Part shown: positions 20,653 to 29,882 of the stretch, one piece after another
How the letters are laid out: every line of letters starts with the position of its first letter
How positions within the stretch are numbered: the stretch's first letter is position 1
DNA from: an uncultured Chloroflexia bacterium
Lineage (GTDB): Bacteria; Chloroflexota; Limnocylindria; Limnocylindrales; CSP1-4
NCBI GenBank assembly: GCA_963833225.1
Contig: CAWHXD010000006.1
Span: 96,001-160,000, forward strand
DNA length: 64,000 nt
Reading direction: 5' to 3'
The notes under the pieces: model-generated
What the model was told of the DNA's origin: nothing
The model's input: only the letters and a program-made list of their open reading frames with translations
The model's database searches: none
Position numbers and translations under genes: made by a program

Positions 20653-22367
20653 GCCGTCTCTCCCCCGAGGAGCTCCGGGCGCGGTACGGCGCGACGACCG
20701 GGGACCGCGTGCGCCTCGGCGACACGGACCTGTGGGTGAAGGTCGCCGAGGACCGGACGGCGCGCGGCGACGAGCCGCTCTGGGGCTACGCGAAGAACCT
20801 CCGCTCGCGAATGACGCAATGGGACCAGGCGGCCGGGCCATCGGAGCTCGATGTGGTCCTGGTCGGTGCCCTGGTGATCGACCCCGTGGTCGGCGTGGTC
20901 AAGGCGGACATCGGGATCAAGGACGGCCGGATCGCGGGCATCGGGCGGGCGGGGAGTCCGGCGATCAGCGACGGGATCGACCTCGTGGTCGGCCCGAACA
21001 CGAAGGCGTACATGGCCTACGGGCTGATCGCAACGCCGGGCGCGGTGGACTCACACGTTCACACCATCGGCCCCGAGCTGCTCCCGCCGGCGCTCGCAGC
21101 CGGGGTGACGACGCTCATCACGGCCGGGTTCGAGGAGCCGCCGTTCGCGATGGAGCGCGTCCTCGCGAGTCTCGAGTCGTGGCCGGTGAACGTCGGGATG
21201 CAGGCGGGGGCCAGGGCGATGAACGAGGGCCACCTCGACAGCCTCGTGGATGCCGGCGCGATCGGGTTCAAGATCCACGAGGACAACGGCGCCTATCCCG
21301 AGCTGATCGACTGGGTGCTGCGCTACGCGGATGCGCGCGACCTCTCGGTCTCCCTCCACACGGACGGGCTCCACGAGTCGGCCGAGCTCGAGGACACGGT
21401 CGCGGCGATTGCCGGGCGAACCGTGCACGCCTACCACGTCGAAGGGTCCGGCGGCGGCCACGTGCCGGACCTCCTGGGACTCGTGCGCGAGCCATCGATC
21501 CTGTGCTCGTCCACCACGCCGACCTTGCCGTTCGGGGTCCACGCTGCGGCCGAGCACCTGCCGATGACCGTCCTCAACCACGGGCTGTCATGGGACATCC
21601 CGGGCGATGTCGAGCTGGTGCGCGAGCGGATCATCGAAGCGCGGATGGCTGCCGAGGGGCCGCTCCACGAGCTGGGCGCGATCGGGATCGTCAACTCCGA
21701 CTCCCAGGGCATGGGCCGCATCGGCGAGACGGTCCGCCGGACGTTCCAGCTGGCGCACGTGATGAAGGCCTGGCGACGCTCCGCGGCGGCCGAGGGCGTC
21801 CCGGGGCTCCCACCGGACCCTGGTCTCGTCGATCCGGACGACCGCGACGACAGCGAGCGGGTCCTGCGCTACCTGGCCAAGGTGACCGTCGAACCGGCGA
21901 TCACGCACGGGGTCTCAGCGCACGTCGGGTCGCTGCAGCCCGGGCGCATCGCCGACGTCGTGCTGTGGTCGCCCGGGTTCTTCGGCGTCAAGCCGGAGTG
22001 GGTGTTCAAGGGCGGCTTCCCGGCCTGGGGACCGCTCGGCGACGGCAACGCCTCGCTGGAGCGCGCGGAGCCCACGCGGTACCGCGCCGACTGGGCGGGC
22101 GTCGCGACGGCCGCGTGGCGCTCGTCCGTGACATTCGTGGCGTCGTCGGTGGACCGCGACGCGCTCGCCCGGCGGCTGGGGACGCGGCGGACCCTACTGG
22201 CGGCCACGGGACAGCGAGGGCTCACGCGCGCGTCGCTTGCCCGGAACCGCGCCACGGCGCCCGTGGACATCGATGTCCGGACTGGCGAGGTGTCCCTGGA
22301 CGGGCGCCGACTCGCGGTGGAACCCGTGAGCGAGGTCCCGCTCAGCCGCCGCTACCTGATGCGGTAG
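20649..22367 (+). CDS. urease-like alpha subunit, divergent active site
   Basis: DSHVH, FKIHED, LHTD, YHVEGSGGGH, NSDSQ metal-ligand motifs; flap and substrate loop altered. Confidence 0.9.
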   Translation: MSRLSPEELRARYGATTGDRVRLGDTDLWVKVAEDRTARGDEPLWGYAKNLRSRMTQWDQAAGPSELDVVLVGALVIDPVVGVVKADIGIKDGRIAGIGRAGSPAISDGIDLVVGPNTKAYMAYGLIATPGAVDSHVHTIGPELLPPALAAGVTTLITAGFEEPPFAMERVLASLESWPVNVGMQAGARAMNEGHLDSLVDAGAIGFKIHEDNGAYPELIDWVLRYADARDLSVSLHTDGLHESAELEDTVAAIAGRTVHAYHVEGSGGGHVPDLLGLVREPSILCSSTTPTLPFGVHAAAEHLPMTVLNHGLSWDIPGDVELVRERIIEARMAAEGPLHELGAIGIVNSDSQGMGRIGETVRRTFQLAHVMKAWRRSAAAEGVPGLPPDPGLVDPDDRDDSERVLRYLAKVTVEPAITHGVSAHVGSLQPGRIADVVLWSPGFFGVKPEWVFKGGFPAWGPLGDGNASLERAEPTRYRADWAGVATAAWRSSVTFVASSVDRDALARRLGTRRTLLAATGQRGLTRASLARNRATAPVDIDVRTGEVSLDGRRLAVEPVSEVPLSRRYLMR

Positions 22368-22405
22368 CGGGAGCCTCCACCCGTAGCGGGTCAATGGGCT
22401 CCCTC

Positions 22406-22560
22406 GGTCGCTGCCGGGGACCACGCGTCGCGGGTACACCCGCAATCAGGTCTGCGCGGGGCGTGACGGTCCCCGACATGACCGGTCCCGGCGCCTGGCC
22501 AGGCCATGTCAGGGCCCCCGAGTCCCCGCCTACGGGGGCCGAGACCCCGACCTAGCGACC
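22406..22560 (-). ncRNA. candidate structured RNA with a 6S-like rod and central bubble
   Basis: Nested complementary helices in a 277-bp gap between convergent genes; G-U pairs favour the minus strand. Confidence 0.4.
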
Positions 22561-22644
22561 CGGGGTCCCCGCGGCGTCTCCGCGGAAGATCGCGGCATGA
22601 TCCCGCGCCGAGAGGCGCGCGCGTGCGGTGCGAAACGTGGTGAC

Positions 22645-23697
22645 CTACCAGATGTCCCCGACCGTATACCCCTCCGGAAACGGGTCGCTCGGGTCCACCA
22701 CGTACGACGCAAAGCCCGTGATCCAGGCGGTGCCCGTGATGGTTGGCACGACAGCCGTGCGCTCTCCGATCCGGGTCTCCTCCACCAGGCGTCCCGTGAA
22801 CACCGTCCCGAGGATGCCCTCGTGCCGGAAGTCCTCGTCCAGCCCCAGCCGGCCCTTCGCATGGAGCACAGCCATCTTGGCGCACGTCCCCGTCCCGCAC
22901 GGCGAACGGTCGATGACGCCCGTCCACGTGGACGGCTTCGACCAGTCCAGCGCCCCCGTGGACACCGTGACCACGTTCCGCCACGAGTTCATCGCGTCGT
23001 GCGCGGGACCCGACAGCTGCCCGATCGTGATCCCCGCGAACCCCGGCTGCTCCGGGTGGACCACCGGCAGCTGCTCCGCCGCGGCCGCCTTGATCATCTC
23101 GGTGACACGCGTGATGTCCCGACCCTCGTCGGGCACGAGCCGGAACCCCAGCGCCTCCGCGTCGGCGATGACGTAGAACATGCCCCCGTAGGCCACGTCG
23201 ACGACGACCGTGCCCAGCTGCGGGACCTCGATCGGGACGTCGAGGTGGGTCGCGAAGGCCGGCACGTTGCGGAACGTCACGCCGGTGACCTTGCCGTTGG
23301 CGCAGGTCGCCCGGATCCGGATCAGGCCGGCGGGGGCCTCGAGCACCACCTCGGTGACGGGCTCGGTCATCGGCAGCATGCCCGTCTCGAGCAGCACCGT
23401 CGCCACGCAGATCGTGTTGGTGCCCGACATCCCCGGGTACTCGACGTGCTCCATGATCACGTAGCCGGCATCGGCCTCGGGGCGCGTCGGGGGCAGGATC
23501 ACGTTGGCGCACAGGGCCGGGTAGCCGCGCGGCTCGCGGAGCATCAGGCGGCGGAGCTCGTCCCCTTGCTGCTCGAGGTGGCGGGCCTTCTCGAGCATCG
23601 TCGCGCCCGGCACGTCCAGCACGCCGCCGACGATGACCCGGCCCGGCTCGCCCGCCGCGTGGGCGTCGACCGCCTGGAGCATCCGCGCGAGCCGCAT
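22645..23697 (-). CDS. proline racemase family protein, Ser/Cys active-site pair
   Basis: DAHAAGEPGR, MLREPRG, PGMSGTN (Ser in place of the first catalytic Cys), DRSPCGTG. Confidence 0.9.
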   Translation of the reverse strand: MRLARMLQAVDAHAAGEPGRVIVGGVLDVPGATMLEKARHLEQQGDELRRLMLREPRGYPALCANVILPPTRPEADAGYVIMEHVEYPGMSGTNTICVATVLLETGMLPMTEPVTEVVLEAPAGLIRIRATCANGKVTGVTFRNVPAFATHLDVPIEVPQLGTVVVDVAYGGMFYVIADAEALGFRLVPDEGRDITRVTEMIKAAAAEQLPVVHPEQPGFAGITIGQLSGPAHDAMNSWRNVVTVSTGALDWSKPSTWTGVIDRSPCGTGTCAKMAVLHAKGRLGLDEDFRHEGILGTVFTGRLVEETRIGERTAVVPTITGTAWITGFASYVVDPSDPFPEGYTVGDIW

Positions 23698-23809
23698 CCC
23701 GTCCTCCTCGTGCCGCCGGCAGGTACCGGCTGAGGAGAGCCTAGGGAATGCGGGCGGTGTTCGTGTACCGTGGACAACCGGGCCCGAGGCGACGACAGGG
23801 GATGGTCGG

Positions 23810-24922
23810 ATGTTCGAAGACGAGGTGGCGAGCCTGTTTCCCGCGCTCGCCGGGACCACCTATCTCAACACGGCAACGATGGGCGTCCCACCGTCGGCGG
23901 CAGTCGAGGCGCTCCGGGCGGCGGCCGACGACTGGGGCCGGGGCCGACTCGACTGGGCCGAGGCGGAACGAGCCGGGGACGAGGCCCGGGCGATGTTCGG
24001 GCAGCTCGTGCATGCGCCGGCTGGGGCCGTCGCGATCGTCCCGTATGCGAGCGCCGTCGCCGGTCTCCTCGCCGAACACCTGTTCCGACGCCATCCGGCG
24101 GGCGGCAACATCGTCGTCGGCGCCGAGGAGTTCACCTCGAACCTGTTCCCGTGGAAGGGCCTCGAGCCGCACGGGTTCGAGGTTCGCATGATCCCGTATG
24201 TCGATGGGGCAGTCCCGGAGGCCGCGATCGCCGCGGCCGTGGACCGCGAGACGCGCCTCGTTGCCGTCAGCGCCGTGCAGTCCGCGTCGGGCTACCGCGC
24301 CGACATCGCCCGGCTCCGCGAAGCCGCGGGGAGCGCGCTGCTCTATGTCGATGCCGCCCAGGCCGCGGGCATGATTCCGATCGATGTGACCGCACTCGGG
24401 ATCGACGCGCTCGCCACTCCAAGCCACAAGTTTCTGGTTGGCGTGCGTGGGATGGGCTACGGCGTGTTCTCAGCCCGCCTGCTCGACCGGATGACGCCGG
24501 TGTGGCCGGGGTGGAAGGCGGCCGCCTCCCCGATGACCAGCTTCTACGGTCCGGAGATGGTGCTCTCACCGACGGCCTCGCGACTGGACATGCCGCTGCC
24601 GTGGCTCAACGCGCTCGCCGAGCGCGAATCGATGCGCGTCCTCGCCGAGCTCGGTACGGACCGGATCCACGCGCACGACGAGGCGATGGCATCCAGGCTC
24701 ACCGAGGGACTGACGGACGCGGGTGTCCCCTTCCTCGACCATGGCGCCACGCACCGCTCGTCCATCATCTCGTGCGCGCCGGTATCGCCGGACGTCAGCG
24801 CGAGGCTGGCGGAGGCGGGCGTCATCGCGGGCGTCCGGGCCGGCCGCGTGCGGCTCGCCCTGCACCTGTACTCGACGAGCGCGCAGGTGGCGCGGGTCGT
24901 GGAGCTGCTGGCGCGACCCTAG
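23810..24922 (+). CDS. class V PLP-dependent aminotransferase-fold enzyme
   Basis: YLNTA, VDAAQ, PSHKFL (PLP Lys), RLALHLY. Confidence 0.88.
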   Translation: MFEDEVASLFPALAGTTYLNTATMGVPPSAAVEALRAAADDWGRGRLDWAEAERAGDEARAMFGQLVHAPAGAVAIVPYASAVAGLLAEHLFRRHPAGGNIVVGAEEFTSNLFPWKGLEPHGFEVRMIPYVDGAVPEAAIAAAVDRETRLVAVSAVQSASGYRADIARLREAAGSALLYVDAAQAAGMIPIDVTALGIDALATPSHKFLVGVRGMGYGVFSARLLDRMTPVWPGWKAAASPMTSFYGPEMVLSPTASRLDMPLPWLNALAERESMRVLAELGTDRIHAHDEAMASRLTEGLTDAGVPFLDHGATHRSSIISCAPVSPDVSARLAEAGVIAGVRAGRVRLALHLYSTSAQVARVVELLARP

Positions 24923-25845
24923 CCCGTGCGGGCGTCCGTGAGCTGCCGATCGGCATCCCCGGCCGCCGATCGCACCGTGATGGCCGCCACGGCCACCACC
25001 ACGACGGCCGCCCCCACCCATTGCAGAGCCTCCAGCCGCTCCCCGGCGAGCGATGCGGCCGCCACCCCGAACACGGGAATCAGGTAGAAGGACACGGCGG
25101 CGATCGACGCGGGAACCGCTCGCAGGCCGGTGAGGTAGAGCCAGTAGGCCAGGCCGTAGTAGATGAGCCCCGACGCGACCATGCTGGCCAGCCCACCGGC
25201 ACTGACCGCGGCCGGCACGACTGCCATGCCGGCAGCAGCCGCGGCTGCGAGCACCACCAGCGAGAACCCCAGCGCCCACGCCTGTTGCGCCGCGACCACC
25301 CCCAGCGTCGAGTCCATGCCCGGGAGCCATCGTCGCGTGGCCACCGTGTACACCGCGCAGCAGGCGACCCCAGCGACCGTCAGCGTCGCGCCGACCCAGC
25401 CGCCTGATGCCGTCGGCTCGTACAGCACGAGGAGGAGCCCGCCGACGGCCACCGCCGACAGCGCGAGGAGGGAGGCCCCCACCCGCTCGCGGAGCACCAG
25501 CCACGCGAGCAGCAGGATCAGCACCGGCTCGAGCGCCCATAACAGGACCGAGAGGCTGGCCGTGATCTGCGCCAGCCCGAGGAGGCTCAAGGCGTACGCC
25601 AGACCGGGGTTGAGCGCACCGAGCATGGCCAGGCGGCGGCCCCGAGGTCCGTCGGGCAGGTGCTCGCCGCGGCGGAGGGTCACGACGAGCAGGAAGGCGA
25701 CGCTGACTGCCAGCTGGATCGGCAGCAGCGCGAGCGGAGGGATTTCCGCGACGGCCTGTTTGCTGAGGACGACGCCGGTGCCCCAGCAGGCAGCGGCCAG
25801 AAGGAGCGCGACGGCAGGACGCCGGACGAGCAGTGAACCGGACAC
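24919..25845 (-). CDS. EamA/DMT family transporter
   Basis: About ten TMs, WG motif, duplicated EamA halves. Confidence 0.88.
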   Translation of the reverse strand: MSGSLLVRRPAVALLLAAACWGTGVVLSKQAVAEIPPLALLPIQLAVSVAFLLVVTLRRGEHLPDGPRGRRLAMLGALNPGLAYALSLLGLAQITASLSVLLWALEPVLILLLAWLVLRERVGASLLALSAVAVGGLLLVLYEPTASGGWVGATLTVAGVACCAVYTVATRRWLPGMDSTLGVVAAQQAWALGFSLVVLAAAAAAGMAVVPAAVSAGGLASMVASGLIYYGLAYWLYLTGLRAVPASIAAVSFYLIPVFGVAAASLAGERLEALQWVGAAVVVVAVAAITVRSAAGDADRQLTDARTG

Positions 25846-25984
25846 GAGAGACTCCGAAGCGGGAAGAGGCGACGAGACGGCTGGGCCTCAGCCTGGAGCG
25901 GGTTCGTCGTCGCAGCGAGCGTAGGACGGCGTCCGTTTTCGTCGCCCGGTCCGAGGTCGCCGGCAGGTCACGTTCCGGTCCTCG

Positions 25985-26446
25985 CTACCGGCGCCGTGCT
26001 TCGGCTACGGCGCGGTCCATGTCCCGCTTGCTGTCCCGCTCCTGGATCTCGCGCCGGCGGTCCCAGGTCTGCTTTCCGCGCGCCAGGCCCAGGAGCAGCT
26101 TGGCCTTGCCCCGATCGTTGATGTAGATCGAGAGCGGCACCAGGGTGAGGCCCTTGGCCTTGGTCTTGCCCAGCAGCTCATCGATCTCATCGCGGTGGAG
26201 GAGCAGCTTGCGGGCGCGCTTGGGCTCGTGGTTGAACCGGACGTCGGCGGATTCCCACGGCGCGATGTGCAACCCGATGATCCACGCCTCGTCACGCTCG
26301 ATGCGCGCGTACGCATCGGCCAGGCTGACCTTGTGCGCCCGGACGCTCTTGATCTCGGTGCCGCGCAGCACGATGCCCGCCTCGAAGGTGTCCTCGACGC
26401 TGTACTCGTGGCGCGCTCGTCGGTTCTGGGCGATGGTCTCGCCCAT
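25985..26446 (-). CDS. smpB: SsrA-binding protein
   Basis: NRRARHEY, EAGIVLRGTEIKS, RKLLLH, ARGK..DRR. Confidence 0.97.
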   Translation of the reverse strand: MGETIAQNRRARHEYSVEDTFEAGIVLRGTEIKSVRAHKVSLADAYARIERDEAWIIGLHIAPWESADVRFNHEPKRARKLLLHRDEIDELLGKTKAKGLTLVPLSIYINDRGKAKLLLGLARGKQTWDRRREIQERDSKRDMDRAVAEARRR

Positions 26447-26568
26447 CGGTGGCTCCTCTCGTGGTGGCAGGCCAGTGTCGCACGGGGCGGGCTGGGGCTC
26501 CGGACGCCGGGCCCCGATGGGCCCCGGGCGACGGGGCCTGGATGGGCCCGGCGACGGCGCCGGACGCA

Positions 26569-26600
26569 CGAACGCCGGCCCGTTGCCGGACCGGCGTTCG
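26569..26600 (-). terminator. GC-rich hairpin with GCAA tetraloop (terminator-like)
   Basis: CGAACGCCGGTCCG-GCAA-CGGGCCGGCGTTCG on the minus strand; no strong U tract. Confidence 0.5.
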
Positions 26601-26631
26601 AATTGCTACCGACCACCCGTCGGGATCGTCT

Positions 26632-26682
26632 CTAGACGACGATCTCCGCCGAGGTGGTGCAGCAACTACTACTGTCGATCAC
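26632..26682 (-). CDS. candidate 16-aa micro-ORF MIDSSSCCTTSAEIVV
   Basis: GAAAGGAGGTGAT upstream of a GTG start; stop codon lies in a hairpin loop. Confidence 0.4.
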   Translation of the reverse strand: MIDSSSCCTTSAEIVV

Positions 26683-26780
26683 TGCACATCACCTCCTTTC
26701 GTTCGCAAGCGACCCTACCCGATCCTGCTTGAGCGCGCAAGCGCCGATTTCGCGGGGCCGGGTGGGGACCCGCCGACGCC

Positions 26781-28124
26781 TCAGGCAGCCAGATCCGCCC
26801 GCAGGATACGGGCCGCGCCGGCACCCAGCTCCTGGAGCGCCCGGTCCAGCACCGGGTCGTCGCCGGGCGTGGCCGGCGGCTGATCGACCACGATGTCGGG
26901 CTCGATGCCGACGCGGTGCACCCACGTCCGGTCCGGTGTCAGCCACTTGGCGATCGTGAGCCGGAAACCACCGCTGTCGTCCTCGAGCTGGGTCCATTGC
27001 TGGACCGTACCCTTGCCGAACGTCCGGGTGCCGATCAGCGTCGCCCGCCCGCGATCGTGCAGCGCCCCCGCCACGATCTCCGATGCCGAGGCCGATCCAC
27101 CGTCTACGAGGAGCATCACCCGGATGCTCGGGTCCACGGCCACGCCGCCCGGCCTGGCAACGGTCTCGAGGAGCGACCCGTCGGCAGCCTCCTGCCAGAA
27201 GATGGTGCCGTCGGGAATGAACTGGCTCGCGATGTCACGGGCCGCGGTCACGTACCCGCCGGGGTTGCCGCGCAGGTCCACGATCAGCTTCGTCCGTCCC
27301 GCGTTGACGTCCTCGGTGAGCGCCGCAAGGAACTGCTGGGAGGCGTGATCGGAGAAGCCCGAGAGGCGGATGTAGCCCACGGTCCCGCCGGCCAGGTCCC
27401 TGGCCTCGACCTCCGGCCTGACGATCACGTCGCGGACGATCTCCACGTCCCGTGGCGCCTCGTCGGCCCGCTCGATGGTGAGCACCACCGCCGTGCCCTT
27501 TGGCCCCCGGACGTCGACGAGGACGTCGTCGAGCGTTCGACCGTCGTTGGGAACGTCATCGACCTGCGTCACCACGTCACCCGGCTGGAGGCCTGCACGG
27601 TCGGCCGGCAAATCCTTGATGGGGGCGATGATGACCATCCGGCAGTCCGGCCCGAGATCGCGGCAGGACGAGCTGGCTCCGGCGCCGTCGACCGTGCCGA
27701 TGGTGGCCCCGATTCCCTCGAACTCGCCCGAGATCCCCTCCAGGCTCTGCTTGAACTCGTCGGACGTGAGGTAGGAGGAGTACGGGTCGTCGAGCGCACC
27801 GATCATCCCCTTGATGGCGCCTTCCACGAGGGCCTTCCGATCGACCTCGCCGCCGGCATAGCGCTCGGTGACCGCGCGGTAGGCGTCCCAGAAGGGCTGG
27901 AACAGCTCGGTCTCGTTGGCCGGGGTGCCGGGCGTGAGCGCCACCTGCCGGCCGAGGCTCCAGCCCGAGAGGAAGAGCACGCTGCCGGCGAGGACGGCGA
28001 TCAGGCTGGCCGCCACGATGGTGGTTGCGGTCCGGCGGGCCGGTCGGCCGGAGCCCGGCGCCACGGCGGGTGACGGGGCAGCCGGGGCCTCGGGGTCCGG
28101 GGCGGCTTGAGGTTCGAGGGACAT
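26781..28124 (-). CDS. S41 C-terminal processing peptidase with PDZ domain
   Basis: DPYSSYL, GIG, DLRGNPGG, SASASEI, FGKG. Confidence 0.93.
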   Translation of the reverse strand: MSLEPQAAPDPEAPAAPSPAVAPGSGRPARRTATTIVAASLIAVLAGSVLFLSGWSLGRQVALTPGTPANETELFQPFWDAYRAVTERYAGGEVDRKALVEGAIKGMIGALDDPYSSYLTSDEFKQSLEGISGEFEGIGATIGTVDGAGASSSCRDLGPDCRMVIIAPIKDLPADRAGLQPGDVVTQVDDVPNDGRTLDDVLVDVRGPKGTAVVLTIERADEAPRDVEIVRDVIVRPEVEARDLAGGTVGYIRLSGFSDHASQQFLAALTEDVNAGRTKLIVDLRGNPGGYVTAARDIASQFIPDGTIFWQEAADGSLLETVARPGGVAVDPSIRVMLLVDGGSASASEIVAGALHDRGRATLIGTRTFGKGTVQQWTQLEDDSGGFRLTIAKWLTPDRTWVHRVGIEPDIVVDQPPATPGDDPVLDRALQELGAGAARILRADLAA

Positions 28125-28208
28125 GGCGGGGATCTCGAGCGGGTTCGACCGGCGGGCGGCCAGCGTACCGCCAGAGCGCCGAGCCTGCGTGCGGAGGCGG
28201 TGGACCGG

Positions 28209-29093
28209 CTACCGGATCAGATAGGTGCGCACCGACAGCCAGGAGCCGAGGACCCCGAGCCCGAGGCCCGTCGCGAGCACCAGCGCCGCGGTGTCGCGCC
28301 CGACCGTCCCGAGCTGCAGTGGCAGCACGTTGAAGAAGCCGACCATCGCCTGCGACAGCGGGTCCGCGGCGAGCGCGAGCAGGCCCAGGGTCAGCAGCGC
28401 CCCCAGCAGGCCGACGAGGGCACCCTCGAACACGAATGGCCAGCGGATGAACGAATCGGACGCACCCACCAGGCGCATGATCTCGATCTCCTCGGCCCGC
28501 GCCACGACCGCCAGCCGGATCGTGTTCACGATGATGAACAGCACGATCACCCCGACGATCGCGACCATCGCCACGCCCGCCGTCCGCACGAACCCGGTGA
28601 CCGTCACGACCCGGCCAACCAGGGCCTCGATGTTGAGCACGTTGCGCACGATCGGGTCGTCACGGAGGGCGCCCACGACGGCATCGAGGTCGCCGGGCGC
28701 GGTGAGCTTCACGTTGACGCTCGCATACAGCGGGTTGGAGTCGAGGTACTGGGTGAGGTCTTCGCGGCCCTGCGCCTCCTGGGTCTGGCGGAACCTCGCC
28801 AGGGCCTCGTCACGGGTGATGAACTCCACCGATGCGGTTTCGGGCATGGCATCGATCCGGGCCACCAGGTCGTCGACCTGGGCCTGCGTCGCGGTGTTCT
28901 CGACGTACGCCACGACCTCGACCTTCTGCTCCACGAAGGCCAGGCTCGCGAGGAGGACGTTCTGGAGCAGGAAGAAGCCCGCCAGGAGCAGGAGCATCAG
29001 GACCATCGTGAGCGTGGCCGCGAGACTCATCAGCGCGTTGCGCCAGAACCCCTGCCAGGCCCGCCCGAGCGAGAACAGCACGAAGGCGATCAC
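28209..29093 (-). CDS. ftsX: cell division permease
   Basis: NTIRLAVVARAEEIEIMRLVGASDSFIRWPFVFEG. Confidence 0.94.
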   Translation of the reverse strand: MIAFVLFSLGRAWQGFWRNALMSLAATLTMVLMLLLLAGFFLLQNVLLASLAFVEQKVEVVAYVENTATQAQVDDLVARIDAMPETASVEFITRDEALARFRQTQEAQGREDLTQYLDSNPLYASVNVKLTAPGDLDAVVGALRDDPIVRNVLNIEALVGRVVTVTGFVRTAGVAMVAIVGVIVLFIIVNTIRLAVVARAEEIEIMRLVGASDSFIRWPFVFEGALVGLLGALLTLGLLALAADPLSQAMVGFFNVLPLQLGTVGRDTAALVLATGLGLGVLGSWLSVRTYLIR

Positions 29094-29096
29094 TCG

Positions 29097-29882
29097 TCAG
29101 TCCTCGCGGTGGTAGGTCGCGCCGGTCTCGTCGCGGATGATCCGGCCGTCCTCGAGCGCCACGACACGCTTGCGAAGCGCGGTGACCACCTCCGCATCGT
29201 GGGTCGCCATGAGGATCGTCACGCCCAGCTCGTTGATGCGGAGCAGCAGCTGGATGATCTCCCAGCTGATGACGGGATCCAGGTTCCCGGTCGGCTCGTC
29301 GGCGATGATGATCCTCGGGTCGTGGACGAGGGCGCGGGCGATGGCGGTCCGCTGCTGCTCGCCGCCCGAGAGCTGCGTGGGCATCTGGTCCGCCTGGCCC
29401 GTGAGCCCCACGAGCGCAAGGACCCGATCCACGGCCGGGCGGATCTCGCGTCTGGGCGTGCCGGTGACCTCGAGCGCGAAGGCCACGTTCTCACGCACCG
29501 ACTTGCGGGGCAGGAGCTTGAAGTCCTGGAACACGATCCCGATCTTGCGCCGGATCCTCGGCACCTGCCGGCGCTTGATCCGGGCAAGGTCATGGCCGTC
29601 AACCAGGACGTCGCCGTGCGTCGCGAGCTCGTCGCGGATGATCAGCTTCATGATCGTGGACTTGCCGGCGCCCGATGGGCCAACGAGGAACACGAAGTCG
29701 CCCTCGGGGACGACCAGGTCCACGTCCTTGAGCGCCTCCTTGCCATTGGGGTAGCGCTTGGTCACGTCGTGGAACACGAGGAGCGCACCGTCGGCGTGCG
29801 GCCGTCGCCTGCGCCGGGTGAGCCGGTCGAACAGCGAGGGGGTCGCGGTGTGGCTGGGGGCGTCGCCCGGGATGACGGTCAT
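29097..29882 (-). CDS. ftsE: cell division ABC ATPase
   Basis: GPSGAGKST, VFQDFKLL, LSGGEQQR, ADEPTGNLD; start uncertain. Confidence 0.94.
   Translation of the reverse strand: MTVIPGDAPSHTATPSLFDRLTRRRRRPHADGALLVFHDVTKRYPNGKEALKDVDLVVPEGDFVFLVGPSGAGKSTIMKLIIRDELATHGDVLVDGHDLARIKRRQVPRIRRKIGIVFQDFKLLPRKSVRENVAFALEVTGTPRREIRPAVDRVLALVGLTGQADQMPTQLSGGEQQRTAIARALVHDPRIIIADEPTGNLDPVISWEIIQLLLRINELGVTILMATHDAEVVTALRKRVVALEDGRIIRDETGATYHRED

Noticed and set aside
26688-26700. ATCACCTCCTTTC as a 16S rRNA 3' end
   Set aside because: No rRNA sequence precedes it; it is better read as an SD on the opposite strand.
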